Assembly: GCA_964016885.1 (NCBI GenBank)
Contig: OZ024752.1
Location: 19,158,001-19,222,000, forward strand
Origin: Eledone cirrhosa
Lineage: Eukaryota
Direction: 5' to 3'
DNA: 64,000 nucleotides
The translations under genes and the position numbers were made by a program. Every line of letters starts with the position of its first letter. Within the stretch, counting starts at the first letter, position 1. The notes under the pieces were generated by a model that was given only the letters and a program-made list of their open reading frames with translations, did no database searches and had not been told where the DNA came from. Positions 27,033 to 39,139 of the stretch are shown one piece after another.

Positions 27033-27949
27033 TTAACTCTTTAGCATTTAAACCAGCCGTATCTGCCCAGAATTCTTACCTCTTTCTGTTCAAACTGGCT
27101 GTAACTGGTCACTCATACTGTCATTAAGATATTGTTCTGAAAATAAATAACATGGAAGTCTGGTAGATTCGATATTATGTGAGATAATTATGTAAGATAA
27201 AGCCTTTACCCACAAAAATACAATAGTATATAGAGAGTAATGTAAATACTAAAGGGTTAAACCTTTTGATACCAAACTTCCTGAATTTATCCCTGGTTCC
27301 ATTATACAAAGCTATTTGTTTTAAAGTGTTTTATTTATAAAAAAAAAAAAAGAAACTCCCATCATAATGTTATCTCAAAACCTTTGGCATGTTCCAAACA
27401 CCAGCTTATTAAGTAAGTTAGTTGTATTACTACCCCCATCCCCAGCCGTTTTCTTGATTATTTTCAAAATCATTTGAAAATTATAGGCAATGTCTTTCAT
27501 TTGAAATTTTGTGTTGAAAGACCCCCCCCCCCCCTTCCACCAAGAAAAACCACCTCCATTGTCCTTGTAGATTACTAAATTTTTCCCTGATTTATTATTA
27601 TTTTCAAAATAAATTGAAACACATTGGTAGTGTAGTTCATGAGAAATATATTAACAAAAGGGTTTAATACATTAAGCCTGTTCATTTACAGACCATGTTA
27701 AACAGCCTACTAAATTAATGATTTAACCCTTTACCATTTACATTACTCTATATTTACTATTATATTGTCATGGTAAAGGCCTTACCTTACATAATTATCT
27801 TACATAATATTGAATCTATGAGATTTGATTTTGATATTATTTATTTTGAACCTTAACATCAGTATGAGTGGCTGGTTACAGCTGGTTTGGACAGAAATAG
27901 GTGAGAGAATTCTAGCCGGATACGGCTGGTTTAAATACTAAAAAGTTAA
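27033..27949. mobile_element. Cluster of piggyBac-like MITEs (family 1, family 2, family 1)
   Basis: TTAACCCT...AGGGTTAA ends; the first two elements share the TTAA at 27257-27260. Confidence 0.75.
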
Positions 27950-28404
27950 AGCTTTATGTTTCTACTTGGAGGTTGAGTCTCGAATAAATATTTGCCCCTT
28001 TTAAGGATTTTTCAACAAGAAATTAACTTCAACAACTTTAGAATATGAAGATAGTTTTAGTTTTTATCATGTTTATAAGTAAAATTTAAAAAGCTTAGTT
28101 GTTCTTGATTGTCCATGAGAATATTTGTGTATGAACAGATTATTTATAATACATTTTATGTTAGAAAATGTATTTTAATTATAAATAAGTGAAAGTATGT
28201 CACCAGAGCTGGCTTTACATTTCTCTCTTCAACAATGGATAAGTGCCAAATATATAGTAGTGCTTAGTTCAATGAACTGTGATAGATCTTGTTCAAAATC
28301 TCTTTTCACTCATAAGAAGTTATTTATTAGTTTACCAAGGCCAAACGTTTGGCCCTTTATAGTTAGAGCTTTTCTCCAGATTCAATAGCATTATTCTGTC
28401 TCAC

Positions 28405-28620
28405 TGGACTGGCAGAATCGGTAGAGCATCAGACAACGTTTTGTGGCATATAGTTATGTCTCTTTATGTTCTGAGTTCAAATCCAGTCAAGGTTTGCTTT
28501 GCCTTTCATCTTTTCAGGGTCGATAAAATAAAGTACCAGTAATGCACTAGTCTTGATTTAATCAACTTTCCTCTCTCCCCCCAAAATTGTTGGCCTTGTG
28601 CCTAAATTAGAAACCATTAT
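28405..28620 (+). mobile_element. Older Nin/Deu-like SINE
   Basis: Diverged copy of the 17478 family. Another lies at 29443-29765 with a duplicated 3' half. Confidence 0.75.
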
Positions 28621-30087
28621 CATGTCTCACTGTTGTTGTTATAGCTCACACCTGTGTTGGTGTAGCTGGCTTGGATGTTTTAGCGATAGTACCCCAGTCC
28701 TATCATGTCTCCTTAAACAGAACATGACACTAACCCATTACAGGAATTTTACTATACATATATCATGTTAGTTGAGTAATCCATGTTCAAATCTTATCAA
28801 TTTAGGAAATTCTAATTTGAAAACTTGTCATGGAGTTATCCAAGATAGTTGGATAACATCCATGAGCTCTGCTTGTCTCACTTGAGGATCCAGCAGGATC
28901 AATTGGAGATGGTGGTTTCTGACATGACCCACTGGATTCTGCACCCATGACCCTCCCAGGAATAAGTAGGCAAAGAAGAAGAATTATAGATTTCAAAGTT
29001 TCTCTCTTTCACTCTCTTTTTCTCTCCTTGCATTTAGCGTTCCTTTATTTGGCATTTTCATTTTCCTCTAATCCTGTTAAACATTTTCACCCTTCCATAC
29101 TTTTTTCTGTAATAGTATGTAGGACTCAATATTGAGAGTGATGCTACACTTAGAAACTTCTTACAAGGAGTTTTCATATCCTGACGTTGTTGGAGTTAAT
29201 GCTTGCTGAGTATTTCACAATAAAATAAACCTTATCACTAAATGTCAACATTTGTTAAATATATCTTCATATAAACATATATAATTTATGATATTGTATA
29301 TTTACATATATATATATACATTTTATGTGAAATCTAGTGCTGAAACATATAATGTTATACTTTTATACTTTGGGAGGTTCATGCTACCGTTAAAAATACA
29401 CACACCAGTTGAGTTTCATGTCAGTTTATTATTAGTTAGATCAGGGTGGTAGATTGGTAGCATTGGTAGAGCATTGGACAACATGCTTTATGGCACTGAG
29501 TTATGGCCCTTTACGTTCTGAGTTAAAATCCCGCTGAAATTAGCTTTGCCTTTCATCCTTAATGGGTCACTAAAATAAAGTACCAGTAGTGCACTGTTGA
29601 TTTAATCGACTTTTCCTGAAACGAAAATGTTGGACTTGTGCCTAAATCAGAAACCATTATTAGGTTGATAAAATAAAGTACCAGTAACATACTGGGCACG
29701 ATTTAATCCCCCCCCCCCCAAAAAAAAGATTGTTCGACTTGTGCCTAAATCAGAAACCAATATTAGGTAAATAATTCATTCATTGGTTGGTTTAGTAACA
29801 CCCCTGAAATACTGTAGAGTAACTAGAATAAAATTGAAATGAAGAGAGACAGGGACAAAATAGTGATTGAGAAAGTCACAAATATGTGATGAAAGAACTT
29901 TGACAATTAATTACATAACCATCCGATGAATTGATTAGTTACCTGATTAATAATAAAACTTAAGTGAAACACTAATGGTGCAGTGCATGTATTTTATAGG
30001 CAGTATGACCTTCCCAAAATATATTATAATATACATACATATATATATATATATATATAATATACATACATATATATATATATACAC

Positions 30088-30355
30088 ACATTAATTTCAG
30101 AAACACCAAAGATTCAAAGCATTATCAAACTGACAAATGTTTCTTCTGGAATAGAATTTAACCTGTAGGTTTCAATTCAGGTGAGTTTATTAAAGGCTTC
30201 ATTAATATTTCACATATGTGAAATATTGATGAAGCCTTTAATAAACTCTGATGATTCCAATCCTGAAATGAAACCAATGGTGGAAATACTATTCTGGCAG
30301 AAACATTTGTCAGTTTGATAATGCTTTGAATATTCAGTGTTTCTGAAATTAATGT
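30088..30355. repeat. Imperfect 268-bp palindrome
   Basis: Centre ATTTCACAT|ATGTGAAAT; outer arms ACATTAATTTCAGAAACAC / GTGTTTCTGAAATTAATGT. Confidence 0.85.
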
Positions 30356-30552
30356 ATAACAGCTCTGCATGACTCCCACTGCATTGAGCTATAAATCAAC
30401 CGGTAAATGAGTTTAACCTCTCCAGTTAATATCATCATAACCATAATATTAATACAACTATTATGTGTGAATAGACCAGTTATTTTTATCTAAAGACATT
30501 TTTTCCAATTCCATCCTGCCCGTCCCCTCAATCTATTTTATTTCTCATTCTT

Positions 30553-30588
30553 TCTTCTGATGAAGGACTAGCGTCCGAAACGTTAAGA
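30553..30588 (+). ncRNA. Minimal PLE-type hammerhead ribozyme motif
   Basis: TCTT-CTGATGA-A-GGAC-TAGC-GTCC-GAAAC-GTT-AAGA: stem I TCTT/AAGA, stem II GGAC/GTCC, palindromic AACGTT in place of stem III. Confidence 0.75.
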
Positions 30589-30669
30589 CCCTCTTCCTGC
30601 TATATCGAGCGTTAACCTAATATATACCTTCCATATACTGTACCGATTGTGTTATTTCTGTTTATCTTT

Positions 30670-30714
<45 letters not shown>

Positions 30715-30928
30715 AGATAATTTTATGATAGCAGAGCTGTACTTGTAACTCGAGGGCGGAGAAGTTCACGTTTAATGTACTTTTTCAAAATAGATTAAGA
30801 AAGTGCATTAAATATGAAACCCCTGGTCCTTGAGTCACTAGTATAGCTCTGCAGCCATTATAAAATATATTATGTATCATTCTTTTCATGCATTGAGTTT
30901 TGTTTCTCACTTTTTTGCGCACCCAAAT

Positions 30929-31062
<134 letters not shown>

Positions 31063-31119
31063 TTGGAAGTCTGAAAAAATCGTAGCTGCAAGCGTTCAGC
31101 CAGCATCCACGAAATGACA

Positions 31120-31376
31120 ATATTAAGAAGAACAAAACGAGATTTCACATTGAGGTTTTATTGATTAGGCTCAGTTATGAACATTTCACAGATGGTTGGC
31201 TCAGGCTCCATATCAGTGTTATAGACATGACTCCAGCCCCAATCTGCTCATCAGATTTGTTAATCAAGCATACCAGAATCTCATCTCATCCTGAGCCACC
31301 CATCTGTGAAACATTCATAACTGAGCCTAATCAATATAAACCTCAATATGAAACCTCGTTTTGTTGTTCTTAATAT
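31120..31376. repeat. Diverged inverted repeat (~87-bp arms)
   Basis: 31120-31206 is the reverse complement of 31290-31376. Confidence 0.85.
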
Positions 31377-31460
31377 ATATATGCACGCATACATACATAT
31401 TTTATATAGTTTGCTAAATACTATTACTATTTATTTTTCCATTATTACTGTGGTAACCAG

Positions 31461-31611
31461 CTTGTCAAAGAAGGTATTGTTAGTTTTGATGCTGTGAATA
31501 TCTACCTGAAACTCGCAGAAAAAGGGCGTCTATTTGTAGAGAAATATTTAAACTTGAGTAAACCTCTCTACTTTGATTTCACTCATTTGGTGTGTCGTAC
31601 AGCTGTAGATG
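31461..31611 (+). CDS. P3H1: Prolyl 3-hydroxylase (leprecan family) exon
   Basis: cag|LVKEGIVSFDAVNIYLKLAEKGRLFVEKYLNLSKPLYFDFTHLVCRTAVD G|gtaagt, matching the P3H motif PLYFSYSHLVCRTA. Phase 0 to phase 1. The paralogue number is not resolvable. Confidence 0.9.
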
Positions 31612-31679
31612 GTAAGTGGCAAAGGTAAACCTTTTCCAGAATTTTGCCTTTTTTATATAACAATTTTCTTTTTAACAAG

Positions 31680-31985
31680 TATTGGAGCTGTGAGCTGCTA
31701 CTTCTCCGAATTGAGAGATCACAGCTCCGATACTATGGGCATATGGTTAGAATGTCTCAGGAAAAAATTGATGGACAGATTTTATGGGTGAAACCAACAG
31801 GTAAGAGACCTAGGGGTATACTCCAAGCAAGATGGTTGGATAACATCCATCAGCTTGGCTGGTCTCACTTTGGGATCCAGCTGGATCAGTTGGAGACAGT
31901 TGCTTCTGACAGGACCCACTGGAGGGAGTGTTTGAGGACTCTGCCCCCACAACCTTCTCAGTAATAAGTGGGCAAAGAAGAGAAG
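31680..31985 (+). mobile_element. RTE family B 3' fragment in P3H intron
   Basis: LLLLRIERSQLRYYGHMVRM...PTGKRPRG...RWLDNI...DRTHWRECLRTLPPQP. Confidence 0.85.
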
Positions 31986-32009
31986 AGATTTTTTATAACA
32001 AATGCTCAT

Positions 32010-32130
32010 AAATATTTAAACTTGAGTAAACCTCTCTACTTTGATTTCACTCATTTGGTGTGTCGTACAGCTATAGATGAGTGACAAAGGTAAACCTCTT
32101 CCAGAATGTTGCCCATTTTTTTATAACAAA
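32010..32130 (+). pseudogene. Duplicated 3' half of the P3H exon plus intron start, with splice donor lost
   Basis: Copy of ~31542-31663; GATG|GTAAGTGGC has become GATGAGTGAC. Confidence 0.85.
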
Positions 32131-32373
32131 TGCCTGATTGCACTCAAATGAACATGGCTCAACTGAGGATTTTTTGTAACTAACTCCTGATTGGTTTACT
32201 TTGGATTGGGGAGTTGAATACAAGGGGAAATACTCTAGACCAGCGTTTCTCAACTTTTTTACTCTTGTGGAACCCTTGTTCATGTCCCCAGGAACTCCTG
32301 CATAGAAATTATTATATACAGTCAACAGGCAATGACCTAGTTTTAAATAATATAAAAGGTTGAAGTCTTTATT

Positions 32374-32835
32374 ATAATTGTTTCTACTTTTGGCACAAGA
32401 CCAGCAATTAATCCAGTGTATTACTGGTACTTTATTTTATCGACCCCCATAAGGATGAAAGGCAAAGTTAACCTCGGCGGGATTTGAATTCAGAATGGCA
32501 AGGGCCATAACTCTATGCATCAAAGCATAGTGTCCGACCCTCTACCGATACTGCCAATCCACCAACGAACGATGTGCTGTCGTGTATAGTAAAATTAAGA
32601 ATATAAAATTAAACAAAAATTACTAAAAAATGCATTAGCTTATTTATCAGTGTTTCTTGCAGAATCTCAAGATTCCGCAGTTTGAGTTCAACTCCCGTCA
32701 AGGTTAGCTTTGCCTTTCATCCTTATGGAGTTGATAAAATAAGTACCAGTAATGCACTGGGGTTGATTTAATCAACTTACCCTTCTTCTTCAAATTGCTG
32801 GCCTTGTGCCTAAAGTAGAAACAATTATTATTATT
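32374..32835. mobile_element. Divergently oriented pair of Nin/Deu-like SINEs
   Basis: Minus copy 32374-32563 and plus copy ~32655-32835. Confidence 0.8.
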
Positions 32836-32870
32836 ACTATTGTTGTTATTTCATTATCTTTTGGCTTCAG

Positions 32871-32985
32871 AGGATGAATTAGACCGAGAGGATTTATCCC
32901 ATCCAGTCCATGCAGACAACTGTCTCCTGCAACCAGATGGTACTTGTTTAAAAGAAGTACCTGCCTATATTCAAAGGGATTACAG
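32871..32985 (+). CDS. P3H1: Prolyl 3-hydroxylase exon with the Fe-binding HxD motif
   Basis: ttcag|..DELDREDLSHPVHADNCLLQPDGTCLKEVPAYIQRDY AG|gtttg; phase 1 to phase 2, in frame with neighbours. Confidence 0.93.
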
Positions 32986-34146
32986 GTTTGTTCTTCTCTC
33001 GATTCCTTCTTTTTTGTTGTCATCTTTCTTTTACTCTTTGATTAGTGATTGAATATTTAACCTTTTTGACACCAAAATCATATCCATATATATTTAGTAC
33101 ACAAGTGTTTTAAGGTTATTTCCCTTGCTTAAGCAGGGGTTAGCTTGCAGTTTCTAAGACAAGTTTCTCCATATTACCCTGTATATATTTAATCTCACTA
33201 CAAAATTTAACTCTATTATTGTGAAGCATTTTTATGTGTGCTTCTCCATGCTGGCATGAGTCAGACTAGATGTTTTGAGACAATGATTTACAGCCAGATG
33301 CGCTTCCTGTTGCTACTCTTTCAGTCACTTCTTACAACACACAGGGATACAGTCTACCTATTCTAAAAACTGGGATACACATAGCATTATGTAAATAAAA
33401 TGTTCTCACCATCTTGCTCAAGTAGATCCCAAGCAAGATGGTTAGATAACATCCATGAGCTCAACTGGTCTTGTTTGGAGATCCAGCTGGATCAATTAGA
33501 GAAAGTTGTTTCTGACAGGATCTATTGGAAGGAGTACTTGAGGACTCTGCCCCCATGACCCACAGGAGTAAGTGGGTGAAGAAGACACATACTTGTTTAA
33601 ATTTTGATGAGTATTCTTCTAGTTCTACCACTGACCATCTTAAGAAAGAGAAGTAAGAAGATTTAATAAATTAGATAGCAATGAAACCAGTTTGTTTAAT
33701 CCTCATTCCAAGCTGCCATCATAGGGTCAACTTTTAAAGTGGAATTAAATACATATTCTTTTATTCTTTTACTGGTTTCAGTCATTAGACTAGGTTATGC
33801 TGGAGTACCCCCTTGAAAAGATTTAGTTGACATATTAATCCCACTACTTATATTTTTGTCAAACTTATGGGACATAAATAAATAAATACAGACATGGCCA
33901 TAGACATACTCACATATACAGTTTCTATATAGCAAATTTCACTCCTATGGTACTTTTCATCACGAGGCTTTGGTAGAAGGTACTTGCTCAAGGTGCCACA
34001 CAATGGGATAAACCCAAAACATATAGCAGCAAAGTGAACTCCTTAACCACACTTCCATGCCTGTTCCGATAACTTTATATATTTAAGAGGGTGTTGTAGT
34101 TTGCTTGAAGTATTGTGTTAGTGTCTAAAGTAGTATGTTAATCGAA

Positions 34147-34467
34147 GGCTATGACAATGCCAAATGGATGGTAGATTTTGGAATAAAGTGAAGGCAATGA
34201 AGATGTAGATAGGTGTGTTCCTATAATTTTATTTATCTGTCCTAATATTTCAGGTCTAAAAACCCTTTGTCAGAAAACTAGAAACAACAAAACAACCACT
34301 AAACAACAAAAGCACAAACCTTGAGCCAGTTTCTCATTATAGTCTTCTGACAAAGGGTTTTTAGACCCAAAATAAGACAGGAAAATAAAATAAATGGTGA
34401 CACCCCAACATCTTCATTGTCTTCACTTTATTCCAAAATTTACCATTCATTTTACATTGTCGTAGTC
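34147..34467. repeat. Diverged inverted repeat (~130-bp arms) with decayed hammerhead motif
   Basis: Arms ~34147-34280 and ~34340-34467; minus strand of the left arm reads CTGACAAAGGGTTTTTAGACCTGAAATATT. Confidence 0.8.
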
Positions 34468-34605
34468 TTTATATATTTATTTATTTATTTATTTAATAGT
34501 ACAATTAGTACAACTTACTAATCTCACACCATTGCTTTTGTCAATATGCATAATACTATAAATTGAAGACTACATCATATACTTTCATGGTGTTTTTAAT
34601 TCTAG

Positions 34606-34678
34606 TGCCATCCTCTACTTAAATGCAGAATTCACAGGAGGAGAATTCATATTTGCTTACTCAAATAAGTCAGAACAG
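34606..34678 (+). CDS. P3H1: Prolyl 3-hydroxylase exon
   Basis: tctag|(S)AILYLNAEFTGGEFIFAYSNKSEQ|gtaaag; 2OG-Fe(II) strand motif YLN..F.GG.F; phase 2 to phase 0. Confidence 0.93.
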
Positions 34679-35513
34679 GTAAAGTAGTACTCTTTAGTAA
34701 TATAGGTATAAGATATTTTGTATTTGAATAGCTTGAAGCCAAGGAACCACATACAGGCACCTCTTTGATATAAGCTTCACCTCTTCAGTGCAGTAGATGA
34801 GATAACTCGTCTTAACATGTTTGAACTCGTTTCCAACAGTTCATAGCTTCAAAGCTAGATGGCGTTACTAGTTTATTTATGTGATGTTTGTCAATCATTC
34901 AGATATGTGTTGTTAATAAATGTTTGTTTAAAAAAGTAGTAATTTTACTGAAAAAAAACAGCACAGCAACTGTAGCTGTGTAAAATATACACGGCAGTCA
35001 ACAGATTAAATAAGTTATCATGGTGTTCTTGGTTAAGCCCTCAGTTTTCAAAATCATTTTTTAGGTCTTCTTATTATGATATAATGGAAAGAAGCCAATC
35101 ATGAGATCAGATGAGACCAAGAAGATTATGTTTCCATCAGTCTTTCTATTGCTGATACTGGTTGCAACTCTTGACAGCAGGAGTCACGATTCAAACTCAG
35201 AAAACACAAAGCCATATCAGATGCTGCAAACCATCTTATCTGACTCTTTAACAATCCCATCAATCCACTGCCCCTTGACTGATTAGAACTCAGAGAGTCA
35301 GAACAAATACTTACGATTTAATCTGACATTATAACAACTCTACCAATGCAGTGCCTATAAGTAGGAAGCTAATGCAAAGATTATTTGCAAAATTTGGGAG
35401 TTATAGATATTTTTTCTATTTCAAAAAGTATTAGAATTCTGTGGGGAAAGAGTAGTTTGTTGTTGGAAAGAAGACATTAAATGATGATTTTATATATACA
35501 TATATATATATAC

Positions 35514-35664
<151 letters not shown>

Positions 35665-35689
35665 CATATATATATAGTAATAATAATAA

Positions 35690-37640
35690 AATTGAAGACT
35701 AAAATCCAAAGAGGGCTCGATAAGGAAAATATATATCAAATATATAAGAACCGTAGAGCAAATATTTATTAAAATAACAGATTAAAGTTTAAGCAAAGAA
35801 TCGCTGCTTTCACCCTTAACGGGATCTTCTGAAACTAACAAAGTCAATCTGTAAACGCAGAACTGGATATTTCAAAAAACGTTGCAACCGGAGGAAGACA
35901 GGAAGACGATACTTTGGTTCGTGGTAACGTTCGCTGGCAAAGAACGGGAAAAAACGAATAATACGTCATTAATAGGAGCGGTGAAAAACAATTACGCGCA
36001 AAGACAAAACCACGTTTATGGTATAAAAGAGGTCGTAGACTAATGTTCTCTTAGGTGGTGCATAGAGACGTTCTCTGGCAATGAACGAAAAAACGAAGAT
36101 AATAAGTCATATGTGGAGCGTGGAGAACAATAGCACGCAAAGACAAAACCACGTAAATGGTATAGCAGAAATCGTAGACTAAAATTCTAACTAGGAGACC
36201 AAATGAATCTCCGCTGCAGAGTTAAGAACAAAGTAAATAAATACAATATAGAAGTAATAGGAACAAATAAATACATACACGCAAACAGATACGTACATAC
36301 ACAAGCATACGCAAAACCTTACCATGGGTATACAAAACCACGCACATATAAATATGTGTGTGTGTGTATGCTTGTGTACAAATAAATAAATAATTATATA
36401 TACGTATATAAGTAAATAAATACGTATATAACAAGCGCACACGCATACCTACATATAAATACACGAATGTTCGGAGACGTAAGTCAACTAAAACAAGAAG
36501 TACACATATACACACACCCACCATACGTACGAACCTGCACACTCACGCGGACGCAAAACTCCCGTATACACATAGCCAAACCCTAAATACCAGAATATGT
36601 AAAAATTACGTACGAGAAGGTATACATACCTTCACAAAACATACGGGTAATATATACTTACCTATGCAAGTACGTAAAGGAATAAACAAAACATATACTT
36701 AGCTCCCACATCAAGACGTAAAATATCCACGTATAGATCGTGCTATCCGTTAGGGTATAACGTGGGGCTGTAATACAGGAAAGTTTTGTGCAATTTATGT
36801 TTACAAGCCGAAATTGCCTCAGTTTTTTGTTTAAGATGTGGTCTGTAGCGTAGAGTATTTCCAGGGCCTCAGCGGCGCAGAGGTCACATGGTCTTTTATT
36901 TCCGTTATACGATCTAGCCCTAGCTAGGATCTCCCAGTATAACTTATATTGGGTGTGGTTGTCTTTTAGACTCCAGATATAAGCTGAAAGTGACGTCATA
37001 TTCCTTCTTAGAGGGTAACGAAAAGAATGGGTATGCATGTAAAGACGCTGCTTGAAACTATTGGCGGTTAACCCTATGTAGGCCCTACGGGACGTGGGTG
37101 TTACAACCTTACATTTGTAGACAATGTTACTAGAGAGGCATTTCCCGGATAGGGGGCAATCAGCCCGATTCCTACAATTACAGTTAGTACTACCTACAGG
37201 GTTGCACGTGTTCCTACGGCTAGGTAGTTTAGCTAAATTTGAAGCTGTGATGTTATGTGCAAGGTTAGGAGTCGTAGAGTAAGAAATTTTAATAGTATTT
37301 CTATTAAAAATTTTACTATATTTATGTGTAGGGGGAAAATGCTTCGTAATAAGGGAAAGAAAGATCTTAGCTAATGGTGTGGCCACCTCCATATTATATG
37401 GTGGGTTAAACCAACAAATGCGACGGGATCTATTCCTTCTAGGTCTATTTTCGTACACTGTATATGCTACCTTATCGACAAATCCACTTCGAGCAAGAGC
37501 TTCATTGTAATAAGTGGAATGGTCGTTGAAAATGCGCTCGTTGGTGGAAAGACGGGAAAGCCTCAACGAAACACGTTTCTTACCAGGTTCTTGGTTATGC
37601 TGGCAGGATGGTTGGAATGCTTACTTATGTAATTAAGCGT
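35690..37640 (-). mobile_element. 5'-truncated Penelope-like element (likely Naiad-type) inserted in (TA)n
   Basis: RT thumb (YISKHSNHP), WFNPPY, CNCRNRADCPLSGKC, GIY-YIG, ~1 kb 3' region; (TA)n on both sides. Confidence 0.9.
36658..37566 (-). pseudogene. PLE GIY-YIG endonuclease ORF remnant (frameshifted)
   Basis: NIVYKC...AYIGLTANSFKQRLYMH, CDLCAAE. Frameshifts at ~37565 and in the A6 run at 36823-36828; adding one A there gives LNKKTEAISACKHK. Confidence 0.85.
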
Positions 37641-37656
37641 ATATATATATATATAC

Positions 37657-38290
<634 letters not shown>

Positions 38291-38362
38291 GTATATATAT
38301 CATCATCATTGATTAATGTCTATCTTCCACGCTAGCATGGGTTATATATATAAAATGTATGT

Positions 38363-38796
38363 ATCATCATCATCATCATCATCACCGTTTTACGTCCGTT
38401 CTTCCACGCTAGCATGGGTTAGACGGGTTGTCCTGTTGTGGGCAGTGTCTGGTCGGCTGACCATGCCTTGCTCATACAGGAACTGATCTGGCTTGATTTC
38501 TACAGCTGGATGCCCTTCCTAACACCAACCTCATTTACAGTGAGTGCTGGGTGCTTTTTCGTGGCGCCTACACGTCCACTTTACAGTGTGGGCTGGGTGC
38601 TTTTTTGCCGTGGCACCTCCACGACCACCTTGCGGTGGGGGGGGGGGGCATATTGTTTATATGCTTCAGCATGTACCCATGGGAGGTCGGGTACCCTGTA
38701 TTACTGCGTGACGCCAGAAGTCACGGTCGTGTGTCATTGACTTTGAGAGGTGTAGTTGGGTAAGGTCGGCTTTTATCACCTCATCCCAAGTCATCT
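38363..38796 (-). mobile_element. Young RTE family A 3' fragment
   Basis: Virtually identical to 9393-9752, plus an extra ~70 bp in the 3'UTR. Confidence 0.92.
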
Positions 38797-38818
38797 TTAT
38801 ATGTACTTTATGTTTCAG

Positions 38819-39127
38819 TTCTCTATGAAACCAAAGTGTGGAAGACTAGTTGGCTTCAATGCTTCTGACTACCATGGAGTGAAAGCAGTTGTAAAAGGTC
38901 AGCGCTGTTGTTTGGCGATGTGGTACACTCAGGATCCAAACTTCAAAGAACTAGCTCATAGTCAGGCTCACAAGATTCTAAAACAACTGGAGAAAGAAAG
39001 ACAGGAATCTAGTTCAGACAGTGACAGTGATGTTAACGAACAACCAAATTCTTCATCTCAGTCTTCCTCAGAAATTTCATCAAGTCAAAAGGACACAAAC
39101 AGTATATCAAATAAAGAAGAATTATAG
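38819..39127 (+). CDS. P3H1: Prolyl 3-hydroxylase last coding exon
   Basis: ttcag|FSMKPKCGRLVGFNASDYHGVKAVVKGQRCCLAMWYT...KEEL*. Contains the distal His, the 2OG-binding Arg and an ER-retention tetrapeptide. Confidence 0.95.
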   Translation, partial: FSMKPKCGRLVGFNASDYHGVKAVVKGQRCCLAMWYTQDPNFKELAHSQAHKILKQLEKERQESSSDSDSDVNEQPNSSSQSSSEISSSQKDTNSISNKEEL

Positions 39128-39139
39128 GCATTCTCATTA

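Noticed and set aside
32178-32300. hAT-like end CAGCGTTTCTCAAC (and TTGAGAACTGCTG at ~51158)
   Set aside because: Isolated single termini with no matching partner or TSD found.
35925-36190. Possible SECIS elements in the PLE 3' region (conserved ATGAC in both subrepeats)
   Set aside because: No apical AA at the expected distance, and no in-frame UGA in the retained ORF.
38756-38818. N-terminal part of the listed 123-aa ORF
   Set aside because: It is RTE and intron sequence; the exon starts after the AG at 38818.
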